This document shows positions 14,090-30,770 of a stretch of 64,000 nucleotides of DNA, piece after piece. A model generated the notes under the pieces. It saw only the letters and a list, made by a program, of their open reading frames with translations. It was not told the origin of the DNA and did no database searches. Origin of the DNA: the human T2T-CHM13v2.0 reference genome, Homo sapiens; assembly GCA_009914755.4 (NCBI GenBank), contig CP068257.2:15424001-15488000 (forward strand), read 5' to 3'. Position numbers and translations under genes: made by a program. How positions within the stretch are numbered: the stretch's first letter is position 1; each line of letters opens with the position of its first letter.

Positions 14090-14704
14090 TTTTATTTAAA
14101 TTAAATTCTGAACTCCAGTGGTCTGTTCCTCTGCTGCCACCCACTGCCCCAGCAAGCCCACACAGCTTTACACACCATATGGGCCTAGAGTTTTCAAATT
14201 ACTTATTTGGCAATGTACGACCCCAAACACTCTGCTTTCTCTCAAATCCACATCTGTATGCCTTTACACCTAGTATTTCTTTCCCTCTTTGTCTTGCAGA
14301 ACTAAGTCCCCCTCTTCCTTCCAGATGCAGGCCAAATGTCAGCTCTTCTCTGATTCCCACCTCAGGCAAGATCAAGGAGTAAATCACTCCCTGCCATCCC
14401 ACCCTTTACTGCCCTCAATTATTGCAGAGCAAGATAAGATCTGTGCTGTAAGTGGCTGGTCTTAGGAGAGATTATAACACTGAAGTGCTTGAAGAAAATG
14501 AAGAAAACCATTCTGTTTGACATTATTTAAATAAGCTGTTTCAATGAAGATTTACTGCCCTGTATTCAACAGAAAATTTTAGTGCCCGAGTAACATCCCT
14601 TTGTTTAAGAATTAAAATTAAAAGACTAACTCCAGAATGGAAGGCAAAAAGAGTGTTCCAATGCTATAGAACCACTTTTTAGTATCATGCAATTTCCACA
14701 TTGC

Positions 14705-15150
14705 TATGATTTTAATATGGCTTGGCCAAAACCTCATGTCGAAAATTTGGTCCCCAATGTGGCAGTGTTGGAAGTGGGATAAAATGGAAGGTGTTTGGGT
14801 CATGGGGGCAGGTCTCTCGTGAACAGACTAATGCCCTTCCTCAGGGATGAAGGAGTTCTCCCTCTCAAGAAAATGGATTGGTTCCAATGAGAGTGGGTTG
14901 TTTAAAAACAGTATGGCTTTCTTGGCTTCTCTCTCTCTTGCTTCCTCTCTCACCATATGGCCTCTGCACACACCAGCTCACCTTCTGCTTTCTGCCATGA
15001 GTGAAAGCAGTATGAGGCCCTCACCAGATGCAGCTGTCCATTCTTGGACTTTTCAGCCACCAGAATCATAAGCCAAATAATCTTCTTTTTTTTTTAATAA
15101 ATTACCCAGCCTTGGATATTCTGTTACAGCAATAAAAAACAGACTAACAT
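14705..15150 (+). mobile_element. Solitary MaLR LTR (MST/MLT-like, more diverged)
   Basis: Same architecture as the 4896-5322 and 27816-28211 copies: aaacctcatgtcgaaa..ggtccccaatgtggcagtgttggaagtggg...ggttgtttaaaaacagtatggc...ataaattacccagccttggatattctgttacagcaataaaaaacagactaacat. Confidence 0.7.
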
Positions 15151-16264
15151 AGATATATAATATATTTGTAAAGCAAACATGAAATAACCATGGCAGGGAT
15201 GACCAATTAGCAAATTTATTGCTTAAAATTCTATATAAAATGCATATTATTATCTTCAGACAATTGTTTGAGTAAACTATTGTCTTAATTTCAATATTAT
15301 CAATGTCATTAAAAGTAATAGTTGTTTTATTTACCAAGTACAATTCCACACGGACTAGATTCAGTCATTTTTGTTTAAGTTTTTGTTTTTATTTTTATGC
15401 ATAAAACCATGATATAACTAAAATCAATTTCTAAAAAAATTGATTTTATTTTTGTAGACTGGATTTTCTTTATTAATTACAATGTACAATTGGGCTTTGT
15501 CTCTGATCGGGTTTTAGTACCTATAAGTTAAGGTACTTATAGTGAAAAGTCACTTACAGTGAAAACTTACAGTGAAAAGTCAAGATTTATAAATATAAAA
15601 TAATATCTCTTGGGATCTAATTTCAAGTGGCTAAAAGCCTTAATAAATTAGCTTTGTAAATATAAGCATTAATGGAAATATGATTTGTTAAATTGCTAAT
15701 TCTTCTCTTAATATTTTTCTGGTTGTCTAAACACAGAAATCTCTGTATATAAAAGCCATGTAGAAATAAATCAATATATATATTTCTTAACTGTGGATTG
15801 ACCCTCCCTCCCTGAATGATTTCTTTAAATGATAAATTAAAACTGATCAAGTGAGAAAATATATGTGAAATCATTTGAAAGTTAAAAAGCTATAAAAATG
15901 TAAGATACTCTTATTTAACTGCACTCAATGAAACCATCTGAAGACTAGCATTCTACCATCTAGTTTTTTCTTTTGATAGTTCCAAACTGGTAATTGGTTT
16001 ACATTATCTCTGTTAGAATTTCTACTATAGTATAGTCTAGGAAGAAAAGCAAACAAAATCTAAAATATTGTATCCCTGAGTATTAAAGGCAAATCCTATG
16101 AATACTTCTAAAGAGGTAATCAAATCACTTTTAAAAAATTATTATAGCAAGGAAATGAGTTGTATATTGTATTTTCAGTTCTTGTGCATTTTTGTATTTT
16201 GCCTTTTCACCTGATTACATGTTAGAAATCATATATGTTTTTCTCTATTCTCTTTTTCTAGAAA

Positions 16265-16266
<2 letters not shown>

Positions 16267-16353
<87 letters not shown>

Positions 16354-16393
16354 GATATATAGATATATCTATCTATCTATCTATCTATCTATA
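16267..16393. repeat. Compound microsatellite (TA)n(GA)n(TATC)n
   Basis: atatat..x20 then agagag..x23 then atatagatatatc(tatc)n, seen directly. Confidence 0.95.
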
Positions 16394-17334
16394 TCAACTT
16401 GGGTCACTGGTGTTGTTATTGATTTTTCTCATGTGGCATGGTAATGTAGCTTCAGCTTTTCTAACAATATGAAAGAAGATCAAGTTTCCAAGAAGAAGGC
16501 TTGAATGGTCCTTCCCATGATGTACACTCAACATAAACTTGGGTAGACCAGGCCAGACCAACAAAGGTGAAGGAAAGTCAGGATGCAAGCTGGCTCAGGG
16601 GAATGAGTTCCACAATAACCCTCAAAAACAAAGAATGGTAATCTGGCTTTCTTGTGACCTATGAAATTAAAAGTACTTAAATATTGCCTAGAAATAAAAT
16701 GCATTTTCATTTTTTGCTTTATTTAAGCATTTATATTCCTGTTATGAACTAAAGATTTGGGTCCTGAAGACATAAATATCACAAAAATCTGAAACACCTA
16801 CCAATGAACTATTTTCTCTGCTGACACAGCAGGAAGAAGACTGAGCTTGTATTTGTTGTATTGCAAGCTGCTCTAGTTTGCTTTTCAAGCTGAACAGGAC
16901 GGTGACATTTTACAGTATCTTATACACTAGAGTGTTAAAATGCTTTTGCAAGCAAGACTTCACTCAGATTTCTTGGAAGTGTTTCAAAATTACATCATTC
17001 TCATTACTAATAAGTATATCTTTTTTGCTTTCCTGATGTTTAGCCAAAATGTTTTTTCTTTTTAGACTGTCTTATTCATTATAGTTTTACTACTTCATAC
17101 CATGTTAAATAATTTTCTTTGCTCTCTAAATTTTTCAAATGTTATGTTCTCCTCTCTTTTCTTTGGCCAGATTATGCATATTTTATACCCTTTATTTTCT
17201 CTTATAAAATCACTTCCACTTCATAAATGATTTATATTACTCTCCTCTGAATCCTTCTCCTCCAAGATTGTTTCCAAATCTGAAGTGATTAGATTCACCA
17301 GTATTAGCTGCCCTGTGCAGTTGCTGCTCTGAGC

Positions 17335-17535
17335 TCTTAACATTTATTAACATATTCAATCCTCACAACAGCTTTATAAGGTACAGCCTAGTATTTTAGG
17401 CTGATGAGCGACAGGTATGGAGAAGTTAAGCAATTTACCTGTGTTTATTCATCTAGTTACGTAGCAGAACTAGACCTGGAACTCAGATTTTCTCGTTCCA
17501 GAGCCTATTCTTAACTACTCTACCATATTGTCTCT
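17335..17535 (-). mobile_element. MIR (SINE) element
   Basis: caatcctcacaacagctttataaggta...ttaagcaatttacctg...tagcagaactagacctggaactcagattt.ct..ttccagagcctattcttaactactctaccat. Reverse complement of the MIR consensus (core plus tRNA-like region). Confidence 0.55.
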
Positions 17536-18632
17536 CTATAGCAAACTGATTCATTAGATTAAATCTAAACTGTTACTTCCTTTATTCATAAAATGAGCAT
17601 ATTTATGAAAAATCAGAAATTAAATCAGAGTCAAGAGAGATTGTACTGAAATAATTTTTGTGTGTGCTATGGCAATGTAACTCAGTATACATTCTAGCCT
17701 CTCTTACAACTTAAACCCAACCTAAAATATGAATTGAACAGCCTGCCATTCTGCATTGTTATTTCATGGGATCTTTGAGATATTTTGACCTGAGAGCTGC
17801 TTTTTACAACACAAGTATTTCCAAGGATAGTTATATCTTAGCTATTATCAGCTACTATTGTATGTATCTCTTGTTACCATAAGAATAAGTGGAAGTTAGG
17901 GGACAACATGGATTGGACACTTACATATCCACTTACTTATCTTTTGCTTGTCTGTATCTTCCTGATTTTCTACAATCAACATTACCAGTCTGTTGTTAAA
18001 AATATATATATATATTTTTAAACAGATAAATCTGAATTATAGAGTATATTCAGGATTAAAAGTTACCTGCAATTTTTTTCAAGTTGAACACTCTAGAAAA
18101 TCACATAATAATTTATTCTCCAAATTTTTATTATATACCTATGATTTTGTCATACTGTAGGCACCAAAATAGGTGTGGTAGATTTAAAAGGGAGAGACAG
18201 AAAGAGAGCAGTCAAATGGGTACTCTGCCCAGGAGCACAGTAATGAAGATAAAACAAGAATTGAAAACATATAATTCTAATAAAACCACTACAGATAAGC
18301 CATATTCCCAAATAGATGGCAGACTATACTTTTCATGTTAAACTAAACCTTAATAAACAAATGTATTTAAAATTATTAAGTAAATTTGTACTTAATTAGT
18401 GAAAAGGGCAACATACAGCCATAATAAATTATGTACTGAAAAGTTAAAATGTTAAAAATAAAAATTCCTTAGCCCAGTGCCTTGTTTATAGCAGGTATCA
18501 TAAGTATTTGTACAGCAAGCAATAATGTACATAATATAACTCGAATTGTGCAAAAGTTTGTTGCTCTTACATAATGAATATGAATCTATCATCTATGAAT
18601 CCATCTTCCACTGGATGTCTGGAGAAAATAGC

Positions 18633-18784
18633 AGCAGAAGAAGAATAGCAAGAGGATGAGGAAGAAAAAGAAGAAGAAAAGAAGAGGAAGAAGAAAAAGG
18701 AGGAGGAGGAGGGGAAGGAGAAGAATTATAAGAAGAAAAGAAGAGCAAGAGGAAGAAGAAGGAGGAGGAGGAGGAGGAAGAAGA
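18633..18784. repeat. Purine-rich (GAA/GGA/GAAGAG)n microsatellite, upstream flank of the solo LTR7
   Basis: Uninterrupted R-only strand. ORF 18656..18856 (Arg/Lys/Glu rich) is its translation. Resumes downstream of the LTR at 19234-19296. Confidence 0.9.
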
Positions 18785-19233
18785 TGTCAGGCCTCTGAGC
18801 CCAAGCTAAGCCATCATATCCCCTGTGACCTGCAGGTATACATCCAGATGGCCTGAAGTAACTGAAGAATCACAAAACAAGTGATATTTAAATGGCCTGT
18901 TCATGCCTTAACTGATGACATTCCACCACAAAAGAAGTGAAAATGGCCGGTCCTTGCCTTAACTGATGACATTACCTTGTGAAATTCCTTCTCCTGGCTC
19001 ATCCCGGCTCAAAAGCTCCCCAACGAGCACCTTGTGACCCCCACCCCTGCCCGCCAGAGAACAACCCCCTTTGACTGTAATTTTCCTTTACCTCCCCAAA
19101 CTTATAAGACGGCCCCACCCCTGTCTCCCTTTGCTGACTCTCTTTTTGGACTCAGCCCGCCTGCACCCAGGTGAAATAAACAGCCTTGTTGCTCACACAA
19201 AGCCTGTTTGGTGGTCTCTTCACACGGACGCCA
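18785..19233 (+). mobile_element. Solitary LTR7 (HERV-H long terminal repeat)
   Basis: Starts TGTCAGGCCTCTGAGCCCAAGCTAAGCCATC and has two U3 repeats of about 41 bp (ccttaactgatgacat.cca.cacaaaagaagtgaaaatggcc). TATA-like cttataagacggcccc at about 19101, AATAAA at 19175-19180, end ..ggtggtctcttcacacggacgcc. Near-identical in layout to the two LTRs flanking the provirus at 52474-58800. Confidence 0.85.
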
Positions 19234-19296
19234 GTGAAAGAAGGGAGGAGGGCAAGGAGGGAGGAGGAAGGAGGAAGGACGAAGAATTGAAGAATT
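19234..19296. repeat. Purine-rich (GGA/GAA)n tract, downstream flank of the solo LTR7
   Basis: agtgaaagaagggaggagggcaaggagggaggaggaaggaggaaggacgaagaattgaagaa. Confidence 0.85.
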
Positions 19297-21119
19297 ATCT
19301 TACTCTCTTCCATAAGAAAACATCATCTTTCAGGTAAACCCAGCCTCTAAATTCTAGACATTCAGTAATTTCCCAACCATACTCTACATATATCAAATAA
19401 AGCAAAGAAATAACATACCAAGATGGAGGAGGAGCCTGTCACTCACCTTCCCCCAAGACTTCACTGTTGTGTAATGATGGGTGGATGCTCCAATCAGGGC
19501 CCCACACAGCTGGATACTGTTCCATCTGAAGTTGTAGCTAGCAGAACCCTTGTCTCCTCTCTCCTGAATCTAACTCCAGTGTCCTCACACCTGATGTCGA
19601 ATGTCTGGCTATTGATGGATGTAGCTGATGGCTTTATCCAAGCAGCCCTTCAGTGGTGTCTGGGTGGCTAACTGGATTCACTCTGCAACCTCCTTTTGCC
19701 ATCTTGTTTCTTTTACCTGAATCTCATTCACATACTCATTCAACCAACAGGGTTGAAACTGAAAACCAAACACAGCAGAAGGAACGACCCAAGGTCTTCT
19801 TAGAATGACGAAAACCACTCGGTTGCTTTCCATTACTTTCTGAATTTGCAAGCCCTGTTCCAGTTTGCTGGTGTCTTCTAAGAGTTTGAATATTTGTGAA
19901 TCAGTTCACTTTGTTTTAACTTTTGGCCTTTATTGGGTTTGCTTCAAACGTATTGTCTTTATGTAAGACACATTCAATTTCTTAACCAAACTTTGTTAGT
20001 AAAGAAAAAAACATTTTGTCTTTTCTTTATAAAGTATGGAAAGACTGGCTGTACTAAAATACTAGCTTCATTTTCTCCCTAGTCAGATTTATGTTGTAAC
20101 ATGTAAATTTTAAAAGAGAAAGAGAGAAGAGAAACATACTGAGACAGAGCTATCTTTATAACTGCTGTAGACTTGCCCTTTCCCTCATCCCAATTTCAAA
20201 AAAGATGATATAAAGCTTCATGTTGGCAAGTTAATCACAGTCAGGGAGAGAATGAGCTCAACTGTGTATGTAAAAACTTAGTTGTTTTTCTTTGATTCAT
20301 CCGATAGCATCACACTGGGTCAGTTTCTTGTTTATGCTGTCTTTATTGTTTCTGGTCTTAGAACAATAAACAGCCCTAAGTGGTTTCAATTACAGCAGCA
20401 AAACTGTGCAAATGAACTTTGGCTTTGTTTCATATTGAATAGAGGGTTTTTATGATTTTATAAATGGTGATGTTTAGGAATCTTGCCAAACCTGTTCTAT
20501 AAACAGTGAAGAGTCACATTTGCCAGCTCTAGGCCTTTAAATATCCTTCCCTTGATATGGATAAAATGTTTTTAAAGTTGTCCTATGGAGATGAATAGGA
20601 ATGATGAAATTATCTGCAGATTTAGCATCAATTTGCAAAAACAAAGTATTGGAATGTTTTTGCTGGTCATGTATCCATTAGCCAATACCTGATTTTTTTG
20701 TATGTCTTCCTTAATTGCAGGACAGTATTAGTCAACTGTCACTCACTTTTAACAAATTTAACATACAATTGTAACAGCAAGAATACATTACATTATGCTA
20801 CGGTTACAAATAAACTCCCACCTTCCCAATCTTGATAGCTTCATAGCATAAAAATTTGTGGATAAAAGTATTCAGTAAGTCAGGGAAATATCCTACCTCA
20901 TGTTCCCACAATCACCTGGATGGGGGAAAATAATTCTACAGATTCCTACACAACCAATTAAACATTCCAGAATTGGTAGCACAGGCCCTGCATCCACAGG
21001 GGGTCCAGAAAAGTCAACCTTTCATTTACCTTAGTGCAGAGACATGGCAAGGCAAGGCACTAATTCATTTACAGAACTTGAAGTTTCAGTCTTAGAGAAT
21101 ATTTTGGAAGTCACCATTG

Positions 21120-21545
21120 GTTAGTGAATGTATTAGTCGACTAGAACTGACATAAAATATCACAGACTGGTTGGCATAAACAACAGAAATTAATTTCTCA
21201 CAGTTCTGGAAGGTGGAAATCTAAGACTACAATGTCAGCATGTTTGGTTTCTCTTGAGACTTCTCCTCTTGGCTTACAAATGGCTATCTTCTTGCCATGT
21301 TTTTACATGGCCTTTACTCAGTGCATGTTCATCCCTGGTGTCTCTTTCTCATTAGAATATTGGATTGGAAAGCACCCATATGAACTCATTTAACATTAAT
21401 TATCTCTTTGAAGGCCGTATCTCCAAATATGGTTACATTCTGAGGTACTGGGGGTTGGGACTTCATCAAATGAATTTTCAGGGGACACAGTTCAGCCTGT
21501 CAGAGTGAATGAACCATCACAAATCGGTCAGTGTGTCTTTGCAGT
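21120..21545 (+). repeat. Ancient interspersed repeat, same family as 6296-6650 (name not recalled)
   Basis: tgtattagtcgac...ttaatttctcacagttctggaaggtggaaatctaag...tgtcagc..gtttggtttct.ttgagac.tctcctcttggcttacaaatggct.tcttc.tgccatgt...ggtgtctctt..attagaatat..ggattggaaagcaccc....gaactcatttaacattaattatctctttgaaggccgtatctccaaatatggttacattctgaggtactgggggttgggacttcatcaaatgaattttcaggggacacagttcagcc. The L1 at 21565 is inserted just downstream. Confidence 0.45.
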
Positions 21546-21564
21546 TAAGATTTACAAGTTGGAG

Positions 21565-22464
21565 GGGGGAGGAGCCAAGATGGCCGAATAGGAACAGCTC
21601 CGGTCTACAGCTCCCAGCGTGAGCGACGCAGAAGATGGGTGATTTCTGCATTTCCATCTGAGGTACTGGGTTCATCTCACTAGAGAGTGCCAGACAGTGG
21701 GTGCAGGTCAGTGGGTGCAGGGCACCGTGCACGAGCCAAAGCAGGGCAAGTCATTGCCTCACTTGGGAAGTGCAAGGGGTCAGAAGGTTCCCTTTCCGAG
21801 TCAAAGAAAGGGGTGACGGACAGCACCTGGAAAATCGGGTCACTCCCACCCGAATACTGAGCTTTTCCGATGGGCTTAAAAAACGGCACACCACGAGATT
21901 ATACCCCACACCTGGCTCGGAGGGTCCTACGCCCACGGAGTCTCGCTGATTGCTAGCACAGCAGTCTGAGATCAAACTGCAAGGCGGCAGTGAGGCTGGG
22001 GGAGGGACCCCCGCCATTGCCCAGGCTTGATTAGGTAAACAAAGCAGCCAGGAAGCTCGAACTGGGTGGAGCCCACCACAGCTCAAGGAGTCCTGCCTGC
22101 CTCTGTAGGCTCCACCTCTGGGGGCAGGGCAAAGACAAACAAAAAGACAGCAGTAACTTCCGCAGACTGAAATGTCCCTGTCTGACAGCTTTGAAGAGAG
22201 CAGTGGTTCTCCCAGCACGCAGCTGGAGATCTGAGAATGGGCAGACTGCCTCCTCAAGTGGGTCCCTGACCCCCGAGCAGCCTAACTGGGAGGCACCCCC
22301 AGCAGGGGCACACTGACACCTCACACGGCAGGTTATTCCAACAGACCTGCAGCTGAGGGTCCTGTCTGTTAGAAGGAAAACTAACAAACAGAAAGGACAT
22401 CCACACCAAAAACCCATCTGTATATCACCATCATCAAAGACCAAAAGTAGATAAAACTACAAAG
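21565..22464 (+). promoter_or_regulatory. L1 5'UTR internal RNA polymerase II promoter (YY1 site at about 21575-21590)
   Basis: Established: the L1PA 5'UTR carries the sense promoter, and the YY1 motif gccaagatggccg is present near its 5' end. Several CpGs remain (ccgaat, gcgtgagcgacgc, ggcaccgtgcacgagcc). Confidence 0.7.
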
Positions 22465-23480
22465 ATGGGGAAAAAACAGAACAGAAAAACTGGAAACTCT
22501 AAAAAGCAGAGCGCCTCTCCTCCTCCACAGGAATGCAGTTCCTCACCAGCAACGGAACAAAGCTGGATGGAGAATGACTTTGACGAGCTGAGAGAAGAAG
22601 GCTTCAGACGATCAAATTACTCCGAGCTATGGGAGGACATTCAAACCAAAGGCAAAGAAGTTCAAAACTTTGAAAAAAATTTAGAAGAATGTATAACTAG
22701 AATAACCAATACAGAGAAGTGCTTAAAGGAGCCGATGGAGCTGAAAACCAAGGCTCCAGAACTACGTGAAGAATGCAGAAGCCTCAGGAGCTGATGCAAT
22801 CAACTGGAAGAAAGGGTATCAGCAATGGAAGATGAAATGAATGAAATGAAGTGAGAAGGGAAGTTTAGAGAAAAAAGAATAAAAAGAAATGAGCAAAGCC
22901 TCCAAGAAATATGGAACTATGTGAAAAGACCAAATCTACGTCTGATTGGTGTACCTGAAAGTGATGGGGAGAATGGAACCAAGTTGGAAAACACACTGCA
23001 GGATATTATCCAGGAGAACTTCCCCAATCTAGCAAGGCAGGCCAATGTTCAGATTCAGGAAATACAGAGAATGCCACAAAGATACTCCTCAAGAAGAGCA
23101 ACTCCAAGACACATAATTGTCAGATTCACCAAAGTTGAAATGAAGGAAAAAATGTTAAGGACAGCCAGAGAGAAAGGTCGGGTTACCCTCAAAGGGAAGC
23201 CCATCAGACTAACAGCGGATCTCTCGGCAGAAACCCTACAAGCCAGAAGAGAGTGGGGGCCAATATTCAACATTCTTAAAGAAAAGAATTTTCAACCCAG
23301 AATTTCATATCCAGCCAAACTAAGCTTCATAAGTGAAGGATAAATAAAATACTTTACAGACAAGCAAATGCTGAGAGACTTTGTCACCACCAGGCCTGCC
23401 CTAAAAGAGCTCCTGAAGGAAGTGCTAAATATGGAAAGGAACAACCGGTACCAGCCACTGCAAAATCATGCCAAAATGTA
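22465..23480 (+). pseudogene. L1 ORF1 (ORF1p, RNA-binding chaperone), disrupted
   Basis: Translation MGKKQNRKTGNSKKQSASPPPQECSSSPATEQSWMENDFDELREEGFRRSNYSELWEDIQTKGKE.. matches L1 ORF1p. In-frame stops follow ..ECRSLRS (TGA at about 22795, where the consensus has CGA), after MNEMK, and at ..FISEG (TAA where the consensus has GAA). The remainder of the frame is still recognisable: VKRPNLRLIGVPESD..LQDIIQENFPNLARQANVQIQEIQRMPQRYSSRRATPRHIIVRFTKVEMKEKMLRTAREKGRVTLKGKPIRLTADLSAETLQARREWGPIFNILKEKNFQPRISYPAKLSFISEG. Confidence 0.9.
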
Positions 23481-23544
23481 AAGACCATCGAGACTAGGAA
23501 GAAACTGCATCAACTAACGAGCAAAATAACCAGCTAACATCATC

Positions 23545-27366
<3,822 letters not shown>

Positions 27367-27815
27367 ACAATGAGATCACATGGACACAGGAAGGGGAACA
27401 TCACACTCTGGGGACTGTTGTGGGGTGGGTGGAGCGGGGAGGGATAGCATTGGGATATATACCTAATGCTAGATGATGAGTTAGTGGGTGCAGCACACCA
27501 GCATGGCACATGTATACATATGTAACAAACCTGCATATTGTGCACATGTACCCTAAAACTTAAAAGTATAATTAATAAAAAAAAAAAAGATTTACAAGTT
27601 GGAAATAATTTGCAAGCAAAAGTAAGACTGACCAATATTAGGAATCCTATGTGCAGAATTTAGAGTTTCAAGTATGAGAAATTTTTCTAACTACTATACA
27701 AAATCTTCTTTGATTCCAGTTTATTTCAGGATTTTAATAAAAATAGTTAACTGGAAAATGTAGAACATTGCCTATGCTGTTCCAATTAGCTGTTTCCATT
27801 TTTCCAGAATATGCT

Positions 27816-28211
27816 TGATACGGTTCGGATGGTTGTTTCCTGCAAAACTCATGTTGAAATGTGATTCCTGGTGCTGGAGATGGGTCCTGGTGGGAGATGT
27901 TTGGATCCTGGCTTAGCACCGTGTCCTTGGTGATAAGTGAGTTCTCCCTCAGTTCACAAAAGATCTAGTTGTTTAAAATAGTCTGGGACCTCCCACTTCT
28001 CTCTCTCTTGCTCCTGCTCTTGCTGTGTGATACACCAGCTCCCCTTTTGCCTTCCACCACGAGTGGAAGCTTCCTGAGGCCCTCACCAGGAACAGATCCA
28101 GCACCATGCTTCCTGTACAGCCTACAGAACTATGAGCCAAATAAACCACTTTTTAAAATAAATTATCCAGTCTCAGATATTCCTTTATAATAACACAAAT
28201 AGACTAACACA
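27816..28211 (+). mobile_element. Solitary MaLR LTR (MST/THE1-related)
   Basis: tgatacggttcggatgg...aaactcatgttgaaatgtgattcc.ggtgctggagatgggtcctggtgggagatgtttggatc...gatctagttgtttaaaatagtctgggacctcccacttctctctctcttgctcc...cctgtacagcctacagaactatgagccaaataaacc...tattcctttataataacacaaatagactaacaca. Confidence 0.8.
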
Positions 28212-30544
28212 ATGCTGTTTCAATTATCATTAAATATTTTTAAGAGAATTCCAAGTAAAAAACTAACTGATATCAAAAATTATAAAATTTAGTCCTTATC
28301 AACATGAAGAAATTATGTCAATATAATGATTTGCCTTTAGAGTGCTGTTGCTTATTTTTCATCTGACCTATTGTTAAGGATCTTGATTCAATGGAATTAG
28401 GAAAAACTATATTTTCATTTATGTGCTACGCATTTTCAAAATGTGGTTCTGCAAAATGAACCTATATTGCACTTTAACACTAAGCACATAAGTATTTACA
28501 ATTTTGTATGTATCCTTGTTTTAATCAGTTAACCTCGTCAAGCTTTAATTTCATATGTGCATAAAAGAAGATGATAAGACTGACTTCTCACCTTTAAGAG
28601 AGGATAATATTTGAATATAGGTTGTAAATAGGCAATCACATAAAATGTAATGAAAGCCAACGTCAGAAGATAAAGATTCCTAAGTATAAAAATTGAGTTT
28701 TATGAGGGGTTGCTGGAGATGCTGAACTATCAACAGAGAAAGGTTATTAATTTTTGTAGGATTCATTTCTTCTCTATTACAGATGTAAAAACAAATTCAA
28801 AATTCAATTCATATTTTTTTCATTGAATCCTTTATTAATCAAAGAACTATATTTCAACTCATATAACTCTTAGAGGTCATCTAACACAAGGGATAATGCT
28901 GATCACATTAAAGCTAATCAATTTTAAATATATTTACACATGCCAAGACTGTGTAACTTAAAAAAAATGTCTTTTCTTAACTGCATAAATATTTCTGCTG
29001 ACAAAAACAATATTGCCAGTATGAGTCCCGAAGAAAAGTTAAATGCTATTTTTAAAATATAAAATGGAAAAGATAGTATAATACAACGCAAAATTTAAGG
29101 ACAGTTTGGTATATTGAACTGAGATTGTCCAAATTGTGTAAATACAGGCTTTGTGTAATGGTTTACATTTTATTAATGTCATTACCTTTAAAAGCAATTA
29201 TGTCATTACAAAGACAGAATGATAAATATGAGAGTCTGGGAAGAGTATGTGGGTGGGAGCAGGAAACAAAGAGGTTGATTAGTGGGTACAAACATAAAGT
29301 TAGATAGATGAAACAACCTACAATATGCAATAGCAGAATAGGGTGACTATAGTTAGCAACAATATAGTATATGTTTCAAAGTAGATAGAGGAGAGAACTT
29401 GAAATGTTACCAACACATAGAAATGATAAATGCTCAAGGTGGTGGATACCCCCAAAGGCTCTGACTCAGTCATTATACATTTTATGTACATAAAAAATAC
29501 ATGTACCCCCATAAACATGTAAAATATTTTGTATCAGTAAAAAGACTTGGGGGTGACTAAAGATTGTGAGTTGTGGAAAATAATTAGTTTACCCTGTTAA
29601 GCTCACACATCTGCTAGTCAATTAAATAAATAAATGTAATAATATTGTTAGTATTAACAAATATATAAAACATAGTGTTCCAATTCTTAACACTTAAGAC
29701 CATTGTTAGTTTTTCCTTCAAATAATACCCTCTAGGAAAATATTGGGTGACTGTTGCTTACTCTGCACAACTCAAATGACATTCATTTGGCAAACTTACT
29801 TCAACTCCTTAAAGGAAACATTAATTCTTTCTACTCTGAATCCCATTACTCTCAATGTTTTAACTTCTGAAATCCAGAACTCAGAATTTCCCTTAACCTG
29901 CCATCAGGTCCATCCTAAGGAATCCAGTGTCATTTGTCCTCTCAAGCACTATTTCTTCCATAGCCAATCTGTCTGTCCACACTTCTTTGCCTCCTAGTCT
30001 GCCCTGAAGCCCACGTGTTGTCCCTTTAACCAGTTTCTCACCAGCATCTTAGAAGCCCCTCTACCACCCACTTTATTTATCTCTTAATATTTAGTAGATG
30101 TCACAACCTTTTTCTCCACTTTGACCCATAGGCTGTCAAAGCAGTGACAAATTCACTTCATTTTACCCAAATTTCTTATAATTTAAACACCTCTAATTCA
30201 TAATCACTTTTTAATTTACCTTTTATTAAAATTAAAAGTTAGTTTACTCATAAGAATTTCATTTCCTGTAAAAAAAAAATATAGAGAAGTATACAAATGA
30301 GGAAGGAAATTACTCCAAATTTGAATATCTAGAGAGAATTATTATTAACATTTTGGTTAATGTCTTTCTATAATTCTCTCTCTTTCTACCTATATATTAT
30401 ATATATATATGAGATTCATATCTATTAGTCTTTTTCTCTAAGTTATGACTTTTTTGTGCTTACAAAGAACCACCTCAAGAATTAGCAAAATAACCATTAT
30501 TTTTATTTACTATATTTTTATAATTTTGGGGTTCTTTTAATAGC

Positions 30545-30770
30545 AACATCTGTATTAGTTAGGTTTCTCCAGAGAAACAGGACAAGTGAAATATATAAGT
30601 ATAAATAAAACGAGATTTATTACAGAGAATCAGTTCAGGCAATTACAGAAGCTAAGAAGTCCCACCATCTGACATTTACAAGCTAGAAACCCAGGAGACC
30701 CCTATAATTCCAGTCGGAGTGTGAAGACCGATGTTCTAGCTTGAAAACAGTCATCTGCAATTTTTGATAC
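30545..30770 (+). repeat. Fragment of an ancient interspersed repeat (gtattagt.agg.ttctccagagaaacag... family), tentative
   Basis: gtattagttaggtttctccagagaaacaggacaa...gagatttattacagagaatcagttcaggcaattacagaagctaagaagtcccaccatctgacatttacaagctagaaacccaggagacc resembles a common human repeat consensus recalled from memory. Family name not recalled. Confidence 0.35.

Noticed and set aside
18656-18856. ORF 18656..18856 encoding an Arg/Lys/Glu-rich peptide ([23 protein letters not shown]..)
   Set aside because: It is the translation of the (GAA/GGA)n purine tract flanking the solo LTR7.
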